NCBI GenBank assembly: GCA_965153455.1
Contig: OZ234493.1
Span: 3,162,001-3,226,000, forward strand
DNA: 64,000 nucleotides
DNA from: Sphagnum compactum
Lineage: Eukaryota
Direction of reading: 5' to 3'
Position numbers and translations under genes: made by a program. Of the stretch, positions 54,301-64,000 are shown in pieces; the first letter of the stretch is position 1, and each line of letters opens with the position of its first letter. Under the pieces are notes generated by a model. That model ran no database searches, was not told the origin of the DNA, and worked only from the letters and a program-made list of their open reading frames with translations.

Positions 54301-56599
54301 TAATGACATCTATGTCACTTGAAATTATAATGTGTGAAATTCAAAATGAATGCGTGTTTTATATATTTTTATTATGTTATTAATATTTGTCATCATGTAA
54401 ATGATGGTTAAATAGTTAACACCTTAACATGTCACCATGAAAGTGAGGGGTTTGATTCCCTCTTGTACACCTTATTCTTGCCGTAAGGCTTACAATATTG
54501 GTAGGAAGACTTACATACATACTTAAAGGGCACACTCTTAGTTTTACATTTTACATCCTAAGGAATTATAATTTATGAATTTAAGTAATTTTGAATTGTG
54601 ATTAGTTGATTTATACTAAGTTTATGAGTTAGCATCAATTAGCACCTATGCTAGTTTTTTGTCAAAATTGAAATGGCACATCAACTAGAAATTATTAATA
54701 TTTAATCAAATTAAACAAGCCATGTCAAATGGTAATTGTTATTTTATTATCAAACAAAACATGCCACTTGGATGTTATTAGTTATTCCATCATTGTCCAA
54801 ACGACTAAAATACTAGTTGTTGTTCAATTTGCTTGTTGTAAATGATTGGTTTGTTTTGAATGTGCCATCATCTTATGTAGTTGTCGAGCCAAATGATTAA
54901 AACTCATTCATAAAAGGCATGATTTGTAGTATTGTTGCACAAATAGTCGATGAGTTCCCCTCATTGTTGCTTGTTGTGCAAGGAAGAGGAGGTGTTAGTG
55001 TTTGATGTCTTTGTCTTCTTCATTGTTGTCATCTTAAAGTGCCCCCCCCCCCCCCCCCCACACTTTTCATTGTTGTGATATGTGATGTTTTGTTTTTCAC
55101 CTTTGTTTTTTTTGTTGCATTGCCCTTGCCATGTTTTTCTTGTTGCTTGTTGCATGTGGTTTTGCATCCATCAATGTGTTTTTCTTACTCTCTATTCTCA
55201 TTGCTTTTTGTGTCGAGAGGAAGAGGCATCAGTGTTTGTTGTCTTCATCATCATCATCATCATCTTCAAGTGAACAAGTTCACAACCCCCACCTCCCCCC
55301 AAAGGTAATTTCTTACTACAACCTTATGTGACTTTTTGTTCCTACCCTTAATTTGTCTTTTTTAACTACCATGTCATTGTCATGTTTTTTCCCCGTTGTT
55401 GTTGTTTACTATGAGTGGTCTATGTTGATGTGTTCCCTTTTTCATCATTGTCATTGTTTGTTGTGTAGGGAGAAGGAGGATGAACACCAATGCTTATTGT
55501 GATTCTATGCAAGTCATGAATGTTCCCCTTGCTTTTTTTCATTGTTGTTTACTAGGGAAGGAAGATAAGCGACTACAATAAGTGTTGGTTGTCATCCTTA
55601 TTGTGTTCTTCAAGTGAACAAGTTCACATCCCTAACCCCACTTTCATGTTGCTCTCTTGCTCCTAACCATTGAGATCATTTCTTGCCATTTACTGTTATT
55701 GGTTATGTGTTCTTGTAAGACCATTCAAAAATATTGAATGGAATATGAATAAATAAAGGAATTTATCAATGAAAATCTATCTACTAAATTGATTTTGAAG
55801 TCAAAGCAATTTATGAAAAAAAAAACATTTAAAAAACTAAAAGGATTTCAAATGAGATCTTTCAAATTCCAAAAAATCAAATAGAAACTATGTAACCTAA
55901 ATTCAATTGGTTTTTTAGCAAATTAGTTTCAATAGGATATGAGAAAATATTTAAAAACTTTGAGAATGTTTTAATTAATTCATGAAAACAACAAGACCAT
56001 TCAAAACATTGAAAGAAACAATCATTTGATACAATTATAATGTCTTATAAAAAAGTTGAAGGGTGCAAAAAAAAACAATTCATCTTCTCTTAAAGTTATT
56101 GGAGAGAGAAGGTTACCTTTTTAAAATTAAAAAAAAGACTTTCCCATCATGGAAAATTATGGGATTTTTTGGTAACACCACCAAAATCAATTTGGTAACT
56201 TGGTCAATACATTTTTATAAAACTATAATGATTCTACAATGGGTCACTTGTTTTAAATCTATTACTGAACAAATTCGTTTCGAAAAATTCAAATTTTCTA
56301 ATTAATTTTTTCCAATTAACAACTATGTGCCCCATGTTGTATGGCCCTTTTGCTCCCCATTGATTTTTTTGTTATGCAAGGAAAAGGAGGAGAAAGAGTA
56401 AAAGGATAGAAATTGTTAATCAAGCAAGCTATGGCAAACCCAAACATGATTGTATGTTTGACATTGTCCAAGAATCCCCACTTGATTTGATTTTTTCTAA
56501 TTATGTTTCAACTATAATCAATCATGTTAATATTTCAACATTAATTCGTAAAATGTCTTCTATAGTTGATAGTGGAGTGTAAAAGGAATTAATGGCAAA

Positions 56600-57222
56600 A
56601 CAAAAAGATTTTTGGAAGTTAAAAAGCCATGTTAACATAACATGGACATTTTATGCACCCTACAAGGATCCAGCTTCATTTTTTGAAATAAACAAAAACT
56701 TAGGCCAACTTGAATAGGTGAAATGTATCATTTGTTATCCTATTGTTCCAATTGCAAGACAAAAAAGAATTAAAAATTAAAGAAAAATCATCGATTACAA
56801 ATCAACAAATGGAATTTTAATGCTACAAAAGCATTTTGAAAATGTTCACTAGCAAATTTAGAATGAGTGGATAGATTGAAATAAGAATGGATTCAAGGAA
56901 CAAAGAGTAGTTAAAAAAAACTTTTCCCCCAACCCATCCATTATTTCTACTTTTGTTGGCAATAACATCCTTTATGCCAAGGATAATCTTCATCAAAAGG
57001 AGTTTGAAGAAAATTTGGTAATACTTCTTGCCAAAGAGTTGGTGCCAATTAAGTTGTCATTTGTTGAAGTTTTGCCATTTCAAAAATGACTACTTAGTTC
57101 CAAGGCAAAACCCTTGTGCTCATTTTCCATCTAGGTGTCAATTAATGAATGAAACCTTGCCTAAGTTAGTTCAAAAGACAAAACAAATATTCATAGTTGC
57201 ATCTATTGAATATTTGGCCTAG
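56600..57222 (+). mobile_element. 5' part of a hAT-like transposase (BED-type finger), truncated
   Basis: TWTFY...VKCIIC...YKSTNGILMLQKHFENVH...HQKEFEENLVILLAKELVP...HFPSRCQLMNETLPKLV. A possible left TIR agtgttgggtggg lies at ~52446. Confidence 0.65.
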
Positions 57223-57960
57223 TATTGTAAGGTTAAGTTTCTGAAGCATAAAAGGTTGCCATTCTACAAGGCGAACACAACAAATCTTCTTAGAAGGAAA
57301 AGCAAGGAACAACAATAAGAGTCTAATTTTAATGAGGGGTACAACTAGAGCAAGAGGACGCAACAAAAATAAATAAGAAAGAAAGAAAGATGCAAGAAAG
57401 ACAAAATGAAGAAAACAAGAAGGATAAAGATATTTATTATAGAACCGAACCTGGCAAAAGTGAAGCAAGTGACTCCAACAACCAAAAAGAAAGAATGGGC
57501 CTAATGATGCACAAGTAAACAAAGGGGAATGAAGTTTGCATGAAGACCATATTGGCAGCAGGGTTGATAATCAAAAAACAATTTAGATGCGAATAGTAAC
57601 ATAGTGTAAGAGTTATGAATGGCAATGACGATTTTGAAAAGTAGACCTTAAAATCCCTTGGATTTTATCATTCACCACACATTGATACTTTATAACCACA
57701 TATGAAATCCATGACATTTGATTTGTAGAGCAAGCAATGATGACTAGATATGTTAATATGTAGAAAAATAGGCACTCATCATATTGCAATTAATTATGAA
57801 ATATGCAAGAAACTTTGAAGATATATTGGAAAGAACACATAGATGTTGTAAAAAAATTAAAACTTACAACTATGCAAGTATTTATTCCTACTAAATGCTC
57901 CATTGAGATCCTTCTCTCATCTTGGTATAAATACCCAACAATATCATGGTCTTGTACTTA

Positions 57961-58278
57961 GGCCCCCTTTACACTAGGCGTTAGGGGCAATGTTCAACCA
58001 AAATCTAGCATTCCTATTTGTCTATGAGTTGAAACCAACCCAAGATACTAATAAGCACTGAAATTTGTGCCAATCTATTAGCCCCAAGCCTAGAAAAATG
58101 GTGCCATCAAATTTGGGATGCCAATTTGCAACCATCAGGGCCAATGTTTTAGCATGTATTAATATCTTGATGTCAATGGTCTAGTAGTTGTTAATAAATT
58201 AGGGCCAATTTACAACCCAAAAATGCCCAAATTTGCCCACAAGTATTTTTGGCCTTAACTCTTGGTGTAAAGCATGCT
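57961..58278. mobile_element. Tourist-like (Harbinger-derived) MITE
   Basis: Ends ggcccctttacac and gtgtaaagcatgct form an imperfect IR, flanked by tta on both sides (TWA-type TSD). Confidence 0.6.
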
Positions 58279-60226
58279 TTAATTGTATCAAAGCTAGGTT
58301 GTGTGAATGTGAAAGGAATATACATTATTAGTAAAAAATTGTGAATTCATAAACAATTAAAAATTTAGTTAGATTCTAACAATAATTGTATGGAATAGGA
58401 TAAGGCGTAGTATTTGTTTTACCCAATATAGGAAAAGGATCTAACTAAATAGTAGACAATAAGGTGATTATAAAGGAACAATTCGGATCCTATTCAATAA
58501 AAAAATGTCATATAATGTAGAGGACCAAGTGATAGTTGCAATTGCAAACCCTAAACTTAAACCTAAAGGACGAAGCATTAAAGCAAGACAAAAATAGGAT
58601 GATATTCAATTTCAACATATGTAGAAAAAAAAATGGAATGAGAAATTTTCAAAATACAATTTTCAACCTGATAAATTTCCAACGATAATGGAATGTTGGG
58701 AATGAACGAAGTGTCACACCTAGGTCACAAACATACATAAAATTTTACAATAATTATAACTACACCAACAGTTAATCCAAGATATTCATTAAATGGAGGG
58801 GAGTGATTATGGTATTATTTGAAAGAATATTAACAAGTTCGTTATTGTGGTAGCCCTAAAAAGAATATTGACAAGTTTGTTATTATCAGAAAGTAAACAT
58901 TTGAACACATATATTTGAGTGATAAAATTTCAATAATAACGCAATGCGAGTCGATAGAAAATTAAGCATTCAATGCAATAGTTAAGGCATAAATAAGACA
59001 TTTCTTGAAATTGGTGCATGGTTATCAAAAGGAAACACCATAGATATGAACATAAGGGCAACATCAACACAAAGAATTATTCTATCCCAGAATTAGGTCA
59101 AGGCAACTTAAAAAATTTGGAGACTCCTCCACATAAACATTAAACAAGTCACTAATCACACTATAAATGGAGCAAAGAATAGGTTTTCAATCAATCATTT
59201 CCCAAATGTAGAAAACTACCTTAAGCAATATTTGTAACCTTTCGAGAAAACAAGAAGACATAGAAGGCACAATTGGACGCAGACAAAGGTGCAATAGATA
59301 ACATCTGTAATGGTTCAAAAAATGTCTAAAGGACATGCAATGATGATACCAAAAGTTCAAGTGAATTCTTTCTCTAAAAATGAATTTTCAATGTCATTTG
59401 TCTAGAAATATATGTGATTATTTTTTAACCAATTTTTTTGAATTATAGTAAGCCAAACTAGGATTCTTGGAAGTAACAAAACTCAAACTTAGGGTGCAAA
59501 GGAAAAACTTAATGCCCGTGCATGCGGCGACAAAGGCGACAAAGTATGCACCTTAATCTTAGAGGTAGTAGAATCCTACAATTGTGGTTTTTGAAGCTAC
59601 AACTAAAAGAGATTGTGAATAAAAATCAAGATGCATTTTCAACTAATATGAAGATCTACATTATTTTCCATTCATTAAAAGGTTGGAAGAGCGAGATCTG
59701 GCGAAAAATCAAAGGATGATGAAACTAGCACTAAGTTTAGAAGTAACCAACATTTGATAATAATCTTGGGGCTTTGAGTCACTATTTTAGGGTTTTGAGA
59801 GTATAAAAGAAAGATTTAGTTCACATTTTAGTCTCTTTGTGGAATTGTGGATGCAAGAAGAGGGAGAGGAAGGAAATAGCTCAATGGTTTTAAAGATTGT
59901 CCCTGAGCTACTCTTACAAAACTAGATGAATTTTTTTGCCTCAAACTCGTCTCCTTTACTTGTAAGAAATTCGAGCTCGAGCTTGGATTTTAGCTCAAAA
60001 GAAATTCAAATTTAGGTTCGAAATTGGACTCAAACTTGAACTCAAGTTGTTTGGTTTTTTTCTTACTATAGCACGCACCTAATTTCGGCATATGAAAACC
60101 TGAGCTTGAGTTTAGGTTTTTTTTTTTTTTTTGCTCCATATTTTGCTAATCTATTTTCAACACCAATAATAGCTCAATAGTGCAAGAAGAACTTGAATTT
60201 AGGTTTTTATTTTAAATTGTGTTTTT

Positions 60227-62161
60227 CACAACAACACGTCTTGGGTTTTGCAACTATATTTTATGACTATGTCCTAATTAGGAAGGACATGTATGCAACT
60301 AATCACTCAATTGCTAAACCCATGTCATTTCACCCATTTAGTCACAAAGGACATTTAGTCACAAAGCCCAATCATTTGATTGACTAGGACTTTTTTGTTT
60401 TAGCTTAATATTGAAATTCCATGTCATCGGTGACCTTGATATGACGTGTAAAATGCATACCATCTCAACTTAGTTGTTTTATTTGACTAAGTGTTACAAA
60501 AGACACCTTAATAGATATGGATGACATATGCAAAAAATCTATAAACACATTATGAGTCATTGCACATGATAAAAAATCAACCTAGTTTAGCCCATGTAGT
60601 TAGCTTAGGTAAAAAATCAACCTAGTTTAAGTTAGCTAGGTTAGCTACCTATGTTAAGCAACCTAGGGTACCTAACCTAGGCTAGGTGGCCTAAATAAAA
60701 AATAAACGTCGGACTCTTAGCCCAAGAAGTCTAAACTAGGATACTTAATTTAAGCCAAGTGGCCTAAGTATCATAGGTTGCAAGAGTGAAGACTTGAACC
60801 CCTCACCTTCACTTTAGGGTTCAACTCCTCATCCATTTCACTACCACATTTTTTTATACTAATTATATTTAACACAAAGTTATAAAGCTCAAATGTTTTA
60901 GCCTTGAATTAACCTTGGTCACCTTAGGTTGACCTAGGTCAACCTACCTACTACCTACCAACCTAGCTTAGACATAGACCTCCTTAAGTTGACTTAAGAT
61001 GAACTAGTTTATCAACTTATACTACTTACTAACCTAACCTAGGTTAATACAAACATTCTTAAGTTAAAAAAAAACTTAGGGTAATTATGTCACATCATAG
61101 TTGCATTTTCTCGCATCTAGTTGCACAAATTTGAAATGGTTACAAACTTGATAAAATATCTTGTAATGAGGCTACCTAAGTTGATTTGGCAAAAACCTAA
61201 AGCTAGGAACCTAGGCAAGTCTATTTAGGTTAACCTATTAATAGGGTAACCTATTCTAGGTATATTTAAACATACTAGATGTAGTAAATTTATTATGTCA
61301 AATTAAGCAACTTACAAGGTAACTTATATTACAAAGTAGGTTTTTATTAAATAACCTACATACATAGGTTAATTTAATAGATATTTTAACCTAAACTAAT
61401 TTATTAATTAGTTAAAAAGTCAAGGAGTTATGTGTCACCTTTTTCAAAACAACTATTGATATTGTATAATCATAATTATAATTAATAATAAATTATTTAG
61501 TACACATACACATGCATGTGAATTCATGACTTTAAAAACCTCATGGCACAAAAAAAAAAAATGGCATGCCATGACAAATATTGGTGCCATAAATTCAAAA
61601 CACACAAAAACTTATGATGTCACAAGAAATCATGGATTACCATGAAAATTTATGCACCTTGTTGCCAAATGGCATACCATGTCATCATCACATGGAAGAC
61701 TAAATTGTTATTAATTGCAAAGGACAACAATATTTTAAACTAATTAATAAATGAAATTAATTCATTGAATCAATGACATGAATCATGATGTGAAGTTAGT
61801 GTCACAAGTCATGAGGTGTTGTGGTTACTAATCAACCTCGTTCCCATGTGGCATGCCACATCGGCATCACATGACCATAAATTGTTATTATTCACCAAAA
61901 GTTACAAGAATGAATGGAATTTTGTTATTACCTAATTTTGGATGACTACAAAATATTAAAATACATTTTTGAAATTGTGATATTTGTGCAAAAACCATCA
62001 AGTCATGATATCGACTATAGTTGCAAAATGATAATGCCATGTGGCAGCACAATGTCTTTTATAACTACATAGTCATTAACATGAACTTGTAGTTATAATT
62101 GTAGTAAAAAAAAAATAGTTGTTTTATTAACCGGTTGTAAAACCTAAAATGTGTTGTTGGG
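60227..62161. mobile_element. Non-autonomous CACTA-like TIR element
   Basis: caacaacacgtcttgggttttgcaac (60229) versus gttgtaaaacctaaaatgtgttgttg (62134-62159) is a 22/26 inverted match. The left end reads CACAAC. The interior is non-coding and rich in cctagg/ggttaacc palindromes. Confidence 0.6.
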
Positions 62162-62169
62162 GTTTTTTT

Positions 62170-63240
62170 AGGCACCATTGAGCTACTCTTGGCACCAAAA
62201 GTAGCTCGGTTGTGCATAAAGAACGTGAGTTCAAGCTTAGGTCCGATTTTGAATTCGAACTTGAACTTGGGTTTTTTATGTTTTTTGGTTATAGACCTTT
62301 CCAAACTATTCTTGGCATTAAGAGTAGCTCGGTGATGTAAGAACTCGAACTTGAGCTCGAGATTTTTTCTTTTGTCTTAATTTGTGTTTTTGTTTTTGTT
62401 TTTTGCAAGTGTCATTGAGTTATTTTCGACACCAAGAATAGTTTTATTGCGCATGAGGAACCCAAGCTCAAGTTTGAGTTTTTTTTGCTACAAAGGTTGT
62501 TGAGCTACTCTCAACATCGAGAGTAGCTCAATGATGTAAGAACTTGACCTCAAGCTTGGGTCCCAAATTGCACCCGAACTTGAGCGTAGGTTTTTTGTTT
62601 TATTTTTATTTTTTATGTTCTTATTTTTGCAAGTGTCACCAAGCTACTCTTGACACCAAATTAAAGTAACTCAGTTGCACATGACAAACTTGAGTTCAAG
62701 CTCAAGTGTTTTTTTTCTTTAAATTAATTTTTATTCTTATTGTAGACCTTGCCAAGCAAGAATTGACATCAAGAATAGGTTGACAATGCAAGAAAAACCT
62801 GAGCTTGAATTTGAGTATTTTGTTTTTTGTTTTTCATTGTTTTTGCTTTCTTGTTTTCATAAGCATTATCGAACTACTCTTGATGCCGAAAGTAGCTTAC
62901 TTGCGCTTGACAAACTTAAGCTTAAGTTTGATTTTGATTTAGGACTCAAGATTAAGCTTGGGTTTTTTGTTTTTTGTTTATTTGGTTTTTTTTTTTACAA
63001 GTGTTGTTGAACTATTCTCGATGCCGAGAGTAGCTGGTTGCACATGGGGAATTCGAACTCAAGCTTGGGTCTAATTTTGGACCCAAATTCGAACTCAGGC
63101 TTTTTCCCAAATTTTTTTGTTGGAAATATTGTTGGGCTATTTGGCCCAGTGCAAGATGATCTTGAGACATGAAGCTTGTGTTTTATTTTGAACCTAAGCT
63201 TGAACTTGAATTTTTTGCTTTTATTTTTTTTGGTTTTTTG
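62170..63240 (+). repeat. Array of degenerate hairpin-forming ~85-140-bp repeats, with a further part at 59870-60225
   Basis: Core gagctactcttggcaccaagagtagctc, then gaactcgagctt-type motifs and T-rich linkers; about 8 copies. Confidence 0.85.
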
Positions 63241-63351
63241 TATTTTGTAGGTCTAAGTTCGAATATGATTATAGTTTCCGCTTCCTTCCAAAGTAGTAGT
63301 CTAATAATTTTCGATTTGTTTTATAAGAACAAGTGAAAGAATCATTCACCA

Positions 63352-64000
63352 TGGCCCCCGCAAGTGAAACAATGGAGGTCAATGTTCAAACATCACATTA
63401 ATTAATTTACATTTTCAATTTGCTTGTTAGGTATTGATTCATTTTTTCTTTCAAGGTTCACAAGTTTCAGAGGCTCCCCAACCCGTGGATAACATGTCCA
63501 TTGATAGGACTATCTAAACTGTCCAACAACAAAAGTTTAATTCGACTAAAATCCTTACAAGATGTTTTCGAGGAGGAAAGCACAGATGAACATCCCCGTG
63601 TGCAAGACGATTTCCATGCCTATTGTGCATCTTGCTTTCAAAATAAATGTTTTGAAAATGGAGTAGACATTTCAAAGTGGATACTATGAGGGAGATAAAA
63701 CATTTTATGTATTTACCCTGAATTGGAAGGGAGAGGAGGCATTTCTTGATTCTTATGTTGATTATTGGAATGCCCATTGGCATTCTGAAACGAGAAATTT
63801 GAGAACCTCATTCTTGGAGATCTAGATCCCAAGTTTTTTTCAAAGTGGATGTTTTTTGTGTGGGATGGCAACCATAGGCTGTAGGCCTGGTTGCCTTACA
63901 TCCAATGTGTGCACAATGAGGATCTTGAATGGCATTACTCAGTGGGTTTTAATTTGTTCGATACCTCACATAGTCTTGTTGAGCTCCTCATAGCCATGAC
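63352..64000 (+). pseudogene. Decayed ORF with a ParB/sulfiredoxin-like N-terminal domain; runs off the window
   Basis: Across frameshifts and stops: MNIPVCK...LKME*TFQSGYYEGDKTFYV...NEKFENLILGD...MFFVWDGNHRL*AWLPYI. DGNHR starts at 63864. Confidence 0.55.

Noticed and set aside
60785-60835. tRNA B-box-like motifs (also at ~54445)
   Set aside because: No cloverleaf or A-box; not a tRNA gene.
62170-63240. CRISPR array
   Set aside because: The repeats are degenerate, the linkers are T-rich and mutually related, there are no cas genes, and the context is eukaryotic.

Overview
Eukaryotic, AT-rich, intron-containing land-plant DNA, most like a moss (inferred from the Lhcbm-type protein and the TE families). 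It is not prokaryotic, and no rRNA, tRNA or CRISPR array is seen. Three apparently intact host genes lie on the + strand: a 7-exon YY1-like C2H2 zinc-finger gene (~5.8-9.0 kb), an intronless EXORDIUM/PHI-1-family gene with an unusual N-terminal tail and membrane anchor (24.1-25.5 kb), and a 2-exon major LHCII (Lhcbm) gene (42.5-43.7 kb). The rest is mostly decayed transposons: a Ty1/copia lacking RT with a half-tRNA-type PBS, several hAT remnants and related MITEs, a PIF/Harbinger element with both TIRs, and 3' fragments of RTE-type and CRE-type non-LTR elements. The most striking items are (i) a near-full-length APE+RT LINE (46.85-51.42 kb) bracketed closely by a 27-bp inverted repeat and (ii) a palindromic-repeat array, split by a CACTA-like insertion, directly upstream of a decayed ParB/Srx-like (DGNHR) ORF at the window end. 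All exon models and family assignments were read by eye, with no database searches.
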